This document shows positions 29,555 to 39,295 of a DNA stretch of 64,000 bases, piece after piece. The stretch spans positions 1,600,001 to 1,664,000 of the forward strand of contig OZ242214.1 in the NCBI GenBank assembly GCA_965206595.1, given 5' to 3'. The notes under the pieces are model-generated. The model was not told the origin of the DNA. It ran no database searches and saw only the letters and a list, made by a program, of their open reading frames with translations. This DNA comes from Candidatus Latescibacterota bacterium. GTDB taxonomy: Bacteria; Latescibacterota; UBA2968; UBA8231. Numbering within the stretch: position 1 is the first letter of the stretch; each line of letters opens with the position of its first letter. The position numbers and the translations under genes are program-made.

Positions 29555-30304
29555 TCAAGAGGCGACCGCCTCGGCATACGCCGTTCGCGCCGCACCTTCG
29601 AGCAGCCTGAGGTCGCTGTTGAGGTCGATGAAGAGGAATCCCTCGGCGATCCGCCGCCGGGCTTCGTCCGCGCTTTTTACCGGAATTCCGCACGGCTTGC
29701 CGGCGCGCTCGCAGCCCTGCCGGAACGACTGCAGGGCTGCCTCGTGATCGGGGTGGCCCGCCTCGACCCCCATCGACAGGGCGAGATCCCCGGGGCCGAG
29801 GAAGCCGATGTCGACCCCCTCGACCGCGGCGATCGCCTCGCTGTTTTCGATCCCCTCCATGTCCTCGATCTGGGGGATGCAGAGGATCAGGTCGTCGCAG
29901 CGGTCGCGGTAGTAGGGCGACATGGTAACGCAGCGGCCAGTGCCGGAGGAGCGCAGCCCGCGCGGCGGGTAGCGCACCGAGGAGGCGAGCCGTTCCGCCT
30001 GTTCCGGGGTGCTGACGTGGGGAAAGACGATCCCCAGGGCCCCGGCATCGAGAAGGCGCCCCGCGGTGGCCGGCTCGTGGTCCCATGCCCGCGCCAGCGG
30101 CACGGCCCCGCGGGCTTCGATGGCGCGGAAGGTGTTGGTGATGGAATTGAGGTCGAAGGGGCCGTGCTCCCCATCGACGCACAGCCACGGGTACCCCGCC
30201 GCAGCCATGACTTCGGCCGCCAGGGGGGAGGCCATGTTGAGCCAGGATCCGATCGAAGGCCTGCCCGCGGCCAGGGCCTCGCATATCAGGGAAATCTCTT
30301 TCAT
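29555..30304 (-). CDS. HpcH/HpaI class II aldolase
   Basis: IGSW, DGEHG, LDAGALGIVFPHV, RYPPRGLRS, QIE, FLGPGDL. Confidence 0.9.
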   Translation of the reverse strand: MKEISLICEALAAGRPSIGSWLNMASPLAAEVMAAAGYPWLCVDGEHGPFDLNSITNTFRAIEARGAVPLARAWDHEPATAGRLLDAGALGIVFPHVSTPEQAERLASSVRYPPRGLRSSGTGRCVTMSPYYRDRCDDLILCIPQIEDMEGIENSEAIAAVEGVDIGFLGPGDLALSMGVEAGHPDHEAALQSFRQGCERAGKPCGIPVKSADEARRRIAEGFLFIDLNSDLRLLEGAARTAYAEAVAS

Positions 30305-30341
30305 CGCAAATCGTTTGCCTTTCCGCTTGGCGGGGAGGTTT

Positions 30342-31070
30342 TCATGAGCAGACCGACTTCATCTTTTCCGCTACCCATTCGATGGCGTAGTCGGAGACCA
30401 CCCTGCCCTTGTGGGCGGTCGCCAGGTCGCGGGCTGCCCGGTAGTAGATCGGGTCCTTGTCACGGTAGTTGTCGGCCTTGATGTCGAACCGCTCGCGGTC
30501 GTAGTCGACGTCCTCCCAGTGTACGTTTTCGGGAAAGGCCGCCATTGCCATCGAGGTCTCGAACTCGGCGGCGTGGGCGGGGCAGTCCCCCGACTCGAGA
30601 TGCTCGGCGACGAACTCGGGCGGGTACGACTCCCAGTAGGAGCAGAACTCGACGTCGATACCCAGCTTCTCCCGGAACTCCTCCATGTGCTCCCGAAGCG
30701 GTCCGTTGCCGGCGTGGCCGTTGACGATGAGGATGTGCTCGATGCCGTGGCGCTTCAGGCTCTCGCAGATGTCGAAGGCGACCGCGGCGAAGGTCTCGCG
30801 GCGCAGGCTGAGGGTGCCCTTCCACTCCATCCAGTGCTCGGAAATTCCGACCGCAATCGGCGTCGCAACGACTACCGACGGATACAGCGCCAGCGCCGCC
30901 TGATGGGCGACGTACACGGCGCTCGCGGTGTCGTGCTCCATCGCGAGGTGCTCGTTGTGCTGTTCGGTGCTTCCCGTCGGCAGCAACGCCCCTCTCAGCT
31001 CCCCGGAGGCGAGGCGCTCGCGCACCTGCTTGCGGGTCAGCTTCCAGAGTCTGACTTCACCTGATTTCAC
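30342..31070 (-). CDS. Creatininase family amidohydrolase
   Basis: LPTGSTEQHNEHL..DT, GISEHW, NGHAGN, HAAEFETS. Confidence 0.9.
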   Translation of the reverse strand: MKSGEVRLWKLTRKQVRERLASGELRGALLPTGSTEQHNEHLAMEHDTASAVYVAHQAALALYPSVVVATPIAVGISEHWMEWKGTLSLRRETFAAVAFDICESLKRHGIEHILIVNGHAGNGPLREHMEEFREKLGIDVEFCSYWESYPPEFVAEHLESGDCPAHAAEFETSMAMAAFPENVHWEDVDYDRERFDIKADNYRDKDPIYYRAARDLATAHKGRVVSDYAIEWVAEKMKSVCS

Positions 31071-31282
31071 AATCGGCTCCTTTCTGGGTTCTCAATCGCC
31101 GCGGCTCCAATCGCCAATGGCCGCAAGATGCGACCCTGTCGTGGTGATCCGGCTAAAAGGGGGACAAGGTGACCGGGCGAGGGATTCCCGGCAAGCCATT
31201 CAGCGAGCGAATACAGCCCGGCATGCAGGTGGCTGAAGAAGATGCCAGGGGTGGGGCGCTGCAGGAAGGTTGGGGGGCCCTG

Positions 31283-32425
31283 TCAGCCTGCCGACTCGAT
31301 CAGTCTGTCGACCTCGGAGGTGAGACGGTCGAGGACTTCTTCGTAGGAGAAGCGCCCGATCAGCTCCGGTCCGCGCTTGAGATTCACGAAGCTCGGGGCG
31401 CACCAGAGCCCGAGATCGGCGTCGTCGGTCTCTCCGGGTCCGTTGACCCGGCAGCCCATCACGGCAATGGTGATGGAGTGGCGCTCGGCGTACGCCGTGA
31501 CCTCGCGAACCTTCAGGGCGAGATCGACGAAGGCGTTGTTCTCGACACGGGAGCAGGAAGGGCAGGAGATGATGTTCATCCCCTCGGGCCGGAATTCCGG
31601 AACGGAGCGGAAGCGGCCGTTGGCGATGTCGTCGAGGATCTGCCTGCCGACGCGGATCTCCTCACCCTTATCGTCGAAGGGCAGCGTCAGGGAAACGCGA
31701 ACCGTGTCCCCGATGCCCCGGGAGATCAGCTGCTCGAAAGCGATGCGGGTCTTGATGACGCCCTCTGGGGGCATGCCGGCCTCGGTGACCCCGAGGTGGA
31801 GGGGCACGTCGGGGCGCTGGGCAGCGAACCGCTTGTTTGCTTCGATGACCTTGTTGGGATCGGAATCCTTCAGCGACACGCAGTAGCGGGTGAAACCGAA
31901 GCCGTCGAGCATCTCGCAGTGCTCGAAGGCGGAGGCGAGCATCGGCGAGATCGAATCCTCCGGGTCGAAGCGGGCGACCTGCTCCGGGTCGACGGAGCCG
32001 CAGTTGACGCCGACGCGAATCGCGCAGTCGTTCCCTGCCGCGGTGTCGGCGAGAAAGGCGACCTTGTCCCGCACCGGCCGCTCGGTTTCGTGGTGGTACA
32101 GGTGGCCCGGGTTGTAGCGGATTTTTTGCAGGTGCGGGGCGACCGCGGTCGCCAGGCGGTAGTTCTCCTGAAGGTCGACGGACAGCGGGGTGTCGGTCTC
32201 GCCCGCTATGCGAGTCAGGGCTTCTGCGTCTTTGCGACTGTCGATGGCCACCCGTATGATGTCGGCGCCGGCCTTCTCGAGGAGGCGGACCTGCCTCGTC
32301 GTGGCCTCGATGTCCTGGGTCCGCGTCGCCGCCATGCTCTGAACGGCGATCGGATGGCCGTTGCCGATCACCGTGCTGCCGATCCGCACCGTCCTCGTCG
32401 GGTTGCGCTGGGGCAGGTTGGTCAT
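31283..32425 (-). CDS. ispG: (E)-4-hydroxy-3-methylbut-2-enyl-diphosphate synthase
   Basis: [61 protein letters not shown]. Confidence 0.96.
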   Translation of the reverse strand: MTNLPQRNPTRTVRIGSTVIGNGHPIAVQSMAATRTQDIEATTRQVRLLEKAGADIIRVAIDSRKDAEALTRIAGETDTPLSVDLQENYRLATAVAPHLQKIRYNPGHLYHHETERPVRDKVAFLADTAAGNDCAIRVGVNCGSVDPEQVARFDPEDSISPMLASAFEHCEMLDGFGFTRYCVSLKDSDPNKVIEANKRFAAQRPDVPLHLGVTEAGMPPEGVIKTRIAFEQLISRGIGDTVRVSLTLPFDDKGEEIRVGRQILDDIANGRFRSVPEFRPEGMNIISCPSCSRVENNAFVDLALKVREVTAYAERHSITIAVMGCRVNGPGETDDADLGLWCAPSFVNLKRGPELIGRFSYEEVLDRLTSEVDRLIESAG

Positions 32426-32612
32426 TTTCCGAACTTCCAGGTTCCTGGGAAGTAAGCGCCGTTTCGCACTCAGGGATTATATGGAGGTCGGTTGGAGCCT
32501 GTCAAAGCAGTTTCGCGGGATGGCCGGAGGCCGCTGCCGGGGCCTGCGAACCGTGCCGATGGCATCGGGGGAACCGCCCGGGAGGCCGCGACGTGAAGGA
32601 ACTGGGGGATCG

Positions 32613-33731
32613 ATGACTCACAGGATCGACAAGGGCAGTCCGAGTCTTTCCGATGCGGACATCGAAGGCCTCCTCGAGGATTTCCGCGCCATCCTGCGGG
32701 GGGGCAGGCTGACACAGGGGCAGTACCTCGACCGCTTCGAACGCGAGTTTTCCGAATACGTAGGGGTAGCCCACGCCGTCGGCATGAGTTCCGGCACCGC
32801 CCCCCTGGAGGTAGCCCTGCGCTATTTCGGCGTCGAGGGGGGCGAAGTGATCGTACCGACCAACACCTTCGCAGCCACCGCCAACGCCGTGATTCTCGCC
32901 GGGGGAACCCCGGTCTTCGCCGATCTCGACCCGTCCACCCTCTGCAGCGGCCCTGGTGAGATCGAAGGGCTGCTTACCGGGCGGACCCGGGGTGTCATCG
33001 CCGTCCATGTGGCCGGGTTGATCGTGCCCGGCATCGAAAACATCTCCTCCTGGTGCCACGCCAACTCCCTCTTCCTGCTCGAGGACGCCGCCCACGCTCA
33101 CGGCTCCCGGGTCGGAGACCGCCGCGCCGGCGCCCTCGCAGATGCCGCTTCCTTCAGCTTCTACCCCTCCAAAGTGATGACCAGCGGGGAAGGGGGGATG
33201 CTGACGACGGACGCTCCCGGGCTGGCCGCGTTCGCGCGCAGCTTCCGTTCCCATGGGCAGGCCGCGCAGAGCCGCAGCATCGTGCGGCTCGGAAGCAACT
33301 ACCGCCTCCCCGAGCTCAGCGCGGCGCTCGGCCTGAGCCAGCTGCGCAAGCTCGATGAGATCATCGCCAGGCGCGCCCGTCTCGCGGATCGCTACCGGCA
33401 GCGGCTGGGCAGCCGGGGCGACGCCCGGCTGATTGCGACCCCGGCAAGCCAGGTTCACTCGCACTACAAGTTTCCCCTGGTACTGCCCCCCGGAATGGGG
33501 CGGGACTCCATGGCAGCAGCGCTAGCGGCGCAGGGGATTGCCACGGGAAGCATCTACTGGCCCCCGTGCCACCTCGAGCCGTATTTCGCCGGTCAGTCGG
33601 GAGAGATCCGGGCGTGCTGTCCGGTGGCGGAGGAGGTCCTGTCGAGAACCCTGACACTGCCGCTGCACACCGGCATGAGCCTCGAGGATGTCGACGCGGT
33701 CTGCGAGTCCCTGGTGCGAGCTTTCAACTGA
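32613..33731 (+). CDS. DegT/DnrJ/EryC1/StrS family sugar aminotransferase
   Basis: SSGTA, VPTNTFAATANA, EDAAHAHG, SFYPSKVMTSGEGG, GSNYRL. Confidence 0.92.
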   Translation: MTHRIDKGSPSLSDADIEGLLEDFRAILRGGRLTQGQYLDRFEREFSEYVGVAHAVGMSSGTAPLEVALRYFGVEGGEVIVPTNTFAATANAVILAGGTPVFADLDPSTLCSGPGEIEGLLTGRTRGVIAVHVAGLIVPGIENISSWCHANSLFLLEDAAHAHGSRVGDRRAGALADAASFSFYPSKVMTSGEGGMLTTDAPGLAAFARSFRSHGQAAQSRSIVRLGSNYRLPELSAALGLSQLRKLDEIIARRARLADRYRQRLGSRGDARLIATPASQVHSHYKFPLVLPPGMGRDSMAAALAAQGIATGSIYWPPCHLEPYFAGQSGEIRACCPVAEEVLSRTLTLPLHTGMSLEDVDAVCESLVRAFN

Positions 33732-33752
33732 ACCACCTTGATCCCAGACTCT

Positions 33753-33790
33753 TTGCACGTTCCAAAGTAAGTAAGTTATTGTTTACTTAC
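33753..33790 (+). promoter_or_regulatory. Putative sigma70 promoter overlapped by a palindromic operator (probable TetR site)
   Basis: TTGCAC (33753-58) then 18 nt then TATTGT. A perfect inverted repeat GTAAGTAA-N8-TTACTTAC (33767-33790) ends 2 nt before the TetR ATG. Confidence 0.7.
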
Positions 33791-33792
33791 AG

Positions 33793-34389
33793 ATGCGACC
33801 GAACCGAAGGAATGAAATAATCGCCGCTACGGTCCGGGAAGCTGCCCGGCACGGGGTCAGCGGTTCCACCGTCCGGGGTATCGCCGCGGAGGCCGGAGTC
33901 ACCGAGGGGGCGATTTACCGCCACTTCACCAGCAAGGAGGAGCTGTGCCAGGCCGCTTACTGTCAGATCGTCGACGAAATGGCCGAGCAGAAACAGGCCA
34001 TTGTCCGCAGTCCCGGACCCATACCGCACAAATTCCGCTCCTGGATACTGGTGACGTACGAGTATTTCGACCGCCTTCCCGAGGCTTTCGCCTATGTCCT
34101 GCTCAAGGATCATAATTTTCCACCGGAGATTCGGGAAGTCGCTGCGCGGCAGGGGCAGATGTTGACCGGCCTGATCGAGGAGGCCGTGGCCGCGGGGGAG
34201 ATCGATGAGATCGACCCGAAGCTTGCCGTCAGCCACTTCACCGGCCTCATGCTCAATCTCCCAAGGTTGATCGGCGAATCCTCGCTTCCGGGCCCGGCCG
34301 TCCAGTACCTCGACGACGTCGTCGAGGCGGTCTACCGTGTCTTCGGGATCGCCGCCGGCAAGGAGGAGACAGATCGTGCCGGAGGATAA
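33793..34389 (+). CDS. TetR/AcrR family transcriptional regulator
   Basis: N-terminal HTH STVRGIAAEAGVTEGAIYRHFTSKEEL. Confidence 0.93.
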   Translation: MRPNRRNEIIAATVREAARHGVSGSTVRGIAAEAGVTEGAIYRHFTSKEELCQAAYCQIVDEMAEQKQAIVRSPGPIPHKFRSWILVTYEYFDRLPEAFAYVLLKDHNFPPEIREVAARQGQMLTGLIEEAVAAGEIDEIDPKLAVSHFTGLMLNLPRLIGESSLPGPAVQYLDDVVEAVYRVFGIAAGKEETDRAGG

Positions 34390-35014
34390 CAACCGCGTCC
34401 TGGTGCTCGCCCCGCACACCGACGACGGCGAATTCGGCTGCGGCGGCACGATCAGCCGCATGATCGAGGAGGGGCGGAAGGTCTACTACGCCGCCTTTTC
34501 GACCGCCGAGGAGTCGGTGCCGGAGGAGTTCCCACCCGACGTCCTGGAGACCGAGGTGAGAGAAGGCACTCGCGCGCTCGGGATCGCCAGCGAAAACCTG
34601 CTGGTCTACAAGTACCGCGTCCGCCACCTCCCCCACGTCCGTCAGGAGATCCTCGAAGAGCTGGTGCGTCTGCGGCGGGACCTGCGACCCTCGACCGTAT
34701 TTCTCCCCAGCAGCCACGACCTGCACCAGGATCACCAGACCGTCTACATGGAGGGCCTGCGCGCCTTCAAGATGGAGACCGTGCTGGCGTACGAGCTTCC
34801 CTGGAACAACATCAGCTTCGACTGCCGCCATTTCGTCGTGCTCCAGCGCCGCCACGTCGGCACCAAGGTCGCAGCGCTCAGGTGCTACCGGTCTCAGCAA
34901 TCCCGGCCATACAGCGATGAGGATTTCATCTGGAGCTGGGCGAGAAGCCGCGGGGTCCAGATCTCCGTCCAATACGCCGAGGCCTTCGACGTGTTGCGGT
35001 GGGTCCTGCCATGA
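34376..35014 (+). CDS. PIG-L family de-N-acetylase
   Basis: LVLAPHTDDGEFGCGG, DLHQDH, YELPW, YAEAF; AGGAGG RBS before GTG 34376. Confidence 0.9.
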   Translation: MPEDNNRVLVLAPHTDDGEFGCGGTISRMIEEGRKVYYAAFSTAEESVPEEFPPDVLETEVREGTRALGIASENLLVYKYRVRHLPHVRQEILEELVRLRRDLRPSTVFLPSSHDLHQDHQTVYMEGLRAFKMETVLAYELPWNNISFDCRHFVVLQRRHVGTKVAALRCYRSQQSRPYSDEDFIWSWARSRGVQISVQYAEAFDVLRWVLP

Positions 35015-35745
35015 GCCCTGCCGGAAGCGGGCACCGGGTGGGCGGAAACCGTGTTCTCACCGCCCACCAGCCCAACTACCTGCCTTGGCTCGGCCTCTTT
35101 CACAGGGTCGCGCTGGCCGACGTATGGGTCCTAGCCGACGACGTTCAGTTCAGCAAGCACGGGTACACGAACCGGGTGCGGGTGCGCACCGCTGCGGGAT
35201 GGCAGTGGCTGACGGTCCCGGTCAGGACCAGGGGGAAAGGGGGTCAGCAGATCCGGCAGGTGGAAACCAACGGCTCGAACTGGCAGTCGAAGCATTGGAG
35301 GACCCTGGAGTGGAACTACCGCAGCGGTGCCCATTTCGACGAGTTCGCGCCATTCCTTGCGAGCTTCTACGCGGAGGCGCGGTGGCGCCACCTCGTCGAC
35401 GTCAACGTCGCCCTCTGCGATTTCCTGCGGGGCCAACTCGGCATCGAGGTGGAGACGCGGCTGAGCTCGGGCATGGAGCTGCGCCGGGAACGGAGCCAGC
35501 GGCTCGTCGACATGGCGCTCGCCTGCGGCTGTGACGTCTATCTCGCCGGCGGAGGGGGCTCGCGCCGCTACCTCGAGGAGTCCCGCTTCGCCGAGGCCGG
35601 CGTCGAGCTGAGGTTCGTCGATTTCGAGCACCCGGAGTACCGCCAGTGCTTTCCCGGTTTCGAAGCCAACATGACCGCCCTCGACCTGTTGTTCAACTGC
35701 GGAGCGGAGTACGCGCGAAGGGTTATGAGGAGTGCGAGAAACTGA
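35011..35745 (+). CDS. WbqC family protein (putative glycyltransferase)
   Basis: HQPNYLPWLG, DDVQF, NRVRV, WLTVPV, LDLLFNCG; ATGA overlap. Confidence 0.9.
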   Translation: MSPAGSGHRVGGNRVLTAHQPNYLPWLGLFHRVALADVWVLADDVQFSKHGYTNRVRVRTAAGWQWLTVPVRTRGKGGQQIRQVETNGSNWQSKHWRTLEWNYRSGAHFDEFAPFLASFYAEARWRHLVDVNVALCDFLRGQLGIEVETRLSSGMELRRERSQRLVDMALACGCDVYLAGGGGSRRYLEESRFAEAGVELRFVDFEHPEYRQCFPGFEANMTALDLLFNCGAEYARRVMRSARN

Positions 35746-35785
35746 CATCCAATTGATAGAGTTGCTCTGCAGACGAGGCCGAGTC

Positions 35786-37117
35786 ATGACCGCCGAAGAC
35801 AAGGCGCGCAACAGGGCCGAATCGCTGGGGATCCGGGGAGGGGGCGTAACCCCGTTTACGGAACGCTCTTTCGAGCGTACCCAACACGAACCCGAAAGGT
35901 CCGAGGCCGTCAGGGCCCGTAGCCCAGTTGGGCTTTACCAACGGGCTGCCAAGGTCTGCCAGCTGACCAACGTGCACAGCCCGCTGGACCAGCGCATCTA
36001 CTACAAGGAAGCCTTCAGCCTGGCTGCAGCCGGGTATGAGGTCTGTGTGGCGGGCCCGGGCCCTCGCGACATTGAGGGGGTGCGCGAGGGAGTGCGGGTG
36101 GTGACCGTTCCGCGGGGCCGCGGCTTTTCCGGGCGCCTAGGCAACGCCCTCAGGCTGTTCCTCAAGGCCGCTTCGATGCGCGCCGACATCTACCACTTCC
36201 ACGATCCCGAGCTGCTGCCGTTCGGGCTGCTGTTGCGCCTGATGGGGAGCGAGGTCATCTACGACTGCCACGAGCATTTCCCTCAGACGGCGTACGTTCG
36301 CCGCTGGGTCCCCGGAATGCTGCGCGGTTCACTAGCGGCCGCCCTCGACCGCCTGGAGCGCTTCATTGCAAGGTTTCTCAGCGGCGTGCTCGGGGTGGTC
36401 GAGGAACAGGGGAGCAGGTTCGGCCACCGGCCGTTCGCCGCGGTGAAGAACTTTCCCCGCCTCGAATGGTTCCAAGCCAACGGCCGCCTCGCCGAGGGCG
36501 GACATCGGGAGGAGTGCGAGCTCCTCCACCTCGGATCCCTGTCGGCCGACCGCGGCAGCGATTTCCTCGTCGACGTCATGCACGAGCTCGCGAAGACGCA
36601 TCCCGGGGTCCGGTTGCGCGCCATCGGCCGCTTCCACACCAGGCAGGACGAGGCGAACTTCCGCGGCCGCCTGGAAACCTGCGGTCTGCAGGACCGCATC
36701 CTCTGCCAGCAGGAGCTGGTCCCCTACGACCGTCTCGGGCAGGAGATCCGGCGCCACCGGATCGGCTTGATTCCCGGCCAGGTTTCGGTGAAAAATCTCG
36801 CTCCCTTCATCCCTACCAAGCTTTTCGAGTACCTTGCCTGCGGAATCCCGGTGGTCGCCAGCGACCTGCCTTCCATCAGGGCCTTCTACGAGGAGGGGGA
36901 CTGGGGAGCGATCGCCGACCCGTCGGATCCGGCGGCCCACGCGCGGGAGATCGCGCGACTGCTGGAGGCTCCAGCAGTCGCGGCAGAAAAGGGACACCGG
37001 GGCCGGGCCCTGGTCGAGGAGCGCTACAACTGGGGGCTCGAGTCCCGGAAGCTGATCGCCTTCTACGACCGCATCCGCAACGCCAGCAGCACTGATCCCG
37101 GAAAGGAGAAGGGATAG
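35786..37117 (+). CDS. Glycosyltransferase family 4
   Basis: DQRIYYKE, YHFHDPELL, YDCHE, PTKLFEYLACGIPVVASD, YNW; start uncertain (35732 or 35786). Confidence 0.9.
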   Translation: MTAEDKARNRAESLGIRGGGVTPFTERSFERTQHEPERSEAVRARSPVGLYQRAAKVCQLTNVHSPLDQRIYYKEAFSLAAAGYEVCVAGPGPRDIEGVREGVRVVTVPRGRGFSGRLGNALRLFLKAASMRADIYHFHDPELLPFGLLLRLMGSEVIYDCHEHFPQTAYVRRWVPGMLRGSLAAALDRLERFIARFLSGVLGVVEEQGSRFGHRPFAAVKNFPRLEWFQANGRLAEGGHREECELLHLGSLSADRGSDFLVDVMHELAKTHPGVRLRAIGRFHTRQDEANFRGRLETCGLQDRILCQQELVPYDRLGQEIRRHRIGLIPGQVSVKNLAPFIPTKLFEYLACGIPVVASDLPSIRAFYEEGDWGAIADPSDPAAHAREIARLLEAPAVAAEKGHRGRALVEERYNWGLESRKLIAFYDRIRNASSTDPGKEKG

Positions 37118-37121
37118 CGGC

Positions 37122-37979
37122 GTGATGAAAATGCCATCTATGCTCGATCGCGGGGTTCTTCCCCTGGCGCTGGCAGGCCTGGTCCTGGCGGCGACGGCAC
37201 CGCCGTTGTTCGCAGGTGCCTGGAGCCAGGAAAAGGGAAGCCTTTACCTCAAGATATCCGGCATCTCCTACTCATCAGACGAGGTCTACAACGACATGGG
37301 AGACCGCCAGCCCATGGGGGAGGAGAACGACTCTTTCGTCGGCTCGCAGGGGTTTCTATACGCCGAGTACGGGCTCCGCCATCGCTTCACCGCAATCGCG
37401 CAGGCCAACGCCGGAGTCCTGGTGTCCGAGAACCGGCAGGTGCACAGGGAAACCAGGGGAATCGGCGATGTCGACATCGGCGCCAGGTTTCAGCTGACAG
37501 ACGGCCCCGTCGTCCTTTCTCCGCTGGTGACCTTCAAGCTGCCCACCGGGTACCACGCCGACTACGATCCCCCGTTCGGAACCGGGAAGATCGACGCCGA
37601 GGTGCGCATCCTGGCCGCCCGCTCGCTGTATCCGCTGCCGCTGTACGTCGGACTGGAAGGAGGGTACCGGATTCGCGGGGGGGAGTATTCCAACCAGGTG
37701 CCCTGGTTTACCGAGGTCGGCGTTACTCCGCATCCCAGGCTGTTCGCGAAGGCGTACCTCGAAGGCAAGGATACCCGGGTCAGCGAGGACACCGAGGATC
37801 TCGGCGTGGTCGGGGGCTCGGTCCAGGTGTCGGAAGGGGATTTTTCCAAGGCCGGACTCAACGCGGCCTGGAACCTCCAGGGCCCCTTCTGGGTAGACGT
37901 TCTGGTCGAGCGCACGATTTCCGGAGAGAACATCGGCGCCGGTGCCTCCCTCGGCATCGGCGTTTCCTGCAGTTACTGA
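37122..37979 (+). CDS. Exported protein, probable outer-membrane beta-barrel
   Basis: Signal peptide ending AGAW; YAEYGL, GDVDIGARFQL, FKLPTGY; alternating beta-strand pattern and terminal aromatic (GVSCSY). Confidence 0.65.
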   Translation: MMKMPSMLDRGVLPLALAGLVLAATAPPLFAGAWSQEKGSLYLKISGISYSSDEVYNDMGDRQPMGEENDSFVGSQGFLYAEYGLRHRFTAIAQANAGVLVSENRQVHRETRGIGDVDIGARFQLTDGPVVLSPLVTFKLPTGYHADYDPPFGTGKIDAEVRILAARSLYPLPLYVGLEGGYRIRGGEYSNQVPWFTEVGVTPHPRLFAKAYLEGKDTRVSEDTEDLGVVGGSVQVSEGDFSKAGLNAAWNLQGPFWVDVLVERTISGENIGAGASLGIGVSCSY

Positions 37980-38002
37980 TGCAACGCGGGAGAGGAAATG
38001 AA

Positions 38003-39142
38003 ATGAAGAGGCAACAGAGCCGGCGGCGTTTCCTGCAATCGAGCGGAGTGGTCGCCATTTCGGCGCTGGTCCCGCAGTGGGGGTGCGACAGCAACAAGGT
38101 GACCTTCCGGGAGATGCCCACGGCACCGCCCATGGACATGCCGCCCGACACTCCGATGGAGGAGATGCCGGAGGCCAGGATCTCCCCGAACAGCCGCTTC
38201 TACCTGCAGTCGATCAACGGGCAGAACTACGATCCGAAGATCGATGTGGCCAACTGGAGCCTGCGCATCGACGGGCTGGTCGACAGCGCGGTGGAATCGC
38301 TGGCCTACGAGGCGATCACCTCCATGCCGATTGTGCGCCAGACGATGACGATGCAGTGCATCGGGAACTGGATCGGCGGGCCCTTGGTGGGGAACGCCGA
38401 ATGGGGAGGCACCCCGTTGAGCAACCTGCTCGACATGGCCGGTGTCGGCGGGGACGCCATCCGCGTGAAGTTCTACAGCGTCGACGGTTACACGACCTCC
38501 ATCCCGCTGGAGCGGGCACTGCGGGAGGAATGTCTGCTGGTCTGGGAGATGAACGGCGAGGTGCTGCCGTCCAAGCACGGCTTCCCGGCGCGTCTGATAA
38601 ACCCGGGTCACTACGGCCAGAAGATGCCGAAGTGGATCACGCGGATCGAGCTGATCGACGAGGTCTACCTGGGGTACTGGGAGAGCAAGCCGAAGAACAA
38701 GCCGTTCAAATGGTCGGACGACGCGGTCGCCACCATCAACTCGCGAATCGATTCGCCGCTGTCACTGTGGGACGACGTCAAGGATCCGGCCAACGGCGGG
38801 GTCACCATGCGCCTGCAGACCGTTCGCGGGGATGCCGACACGGTGTTCTCCATACACGGGATCGCCATGGCCGGGGAACGCAAGGTCGATATCGTCGAGG
38901 TGAGCACGGATGGCGGGGCTACCTGGGAAGAGGCCCAGATCCTGAACCACCCGCGCGAAAACGTCTGGATAGCCTGGCGCTACGAGTGGCACCTGCCGCC
39001 CTCGGGCCGCTACGAGATCGTCGCCCGGGCAACCGACAACGCCGGGGACAGGCAGCCTGCCGAAGACGAGGGGGCCGATCTCTACGACGGTCGCACGGGC
39101 TGGCACCGCGTGCCGATCGACGTCGTGCGCACGGAGGTGTAG
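38003..39142 (+). CDS. Sulfite oxidase-family molybdopterin oxidoreductase, Tat-exported (possible lipoprotein)
   Basis: SRRRFLQ twin-arginine, WGC; WSLRIDGLV, MQCIGN (Mo-Cys), GNAEWGG, MNGEVLPSKHGFPARL, KWITRIE, VEVSTDGG, RATD. Confidence 0.9.
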   Translation: MKRQQSRRRFLQSSGVVAISALVPQWGCDSNKVTFREMPTAPPMDMPPDTPMEEMPEARISPNSRFYLQSINGQNYDPKIDVANWSLRIDGLVDSAVESLAYEAITSMPIVRQTMTMQCIGNWIGGPLVGNAEWGGTPLSNLLDMAGVGGDAIRVKFYSVDGYTTSIPLERALREECLLVWEMNGEVLPSKHGFPARLINPGHYGQKMPKWITRIELIDEVYLGYWESKPKNKPFKWSDDAVATINSRIDSPLSLWDDVKDPANGGVTMRLQTVRGDADTVFSIHGIAMAGERKVDIVEVSTDGGATWEEAQILNHPRENVWIAWRYEWHLPPSGRYEIVARATDNAGDRQPAEDEGADLYDGRTGWHRVPIDVVRTEV

Positions 39143-39295
39143 TGGGTGTTCCCGGGAACAGCTTGGGGAATCGAAGACCCCCGCCCTGCCGTCGAGGTGC
39201 GCGACGAAGCCATACGGGTCGATACTGCGAACGGGCCATGCCGGGCGCCGGGATGCAGCGGCGACCCGATTCCCCCGGAACTGCGTGCGTAGGCT

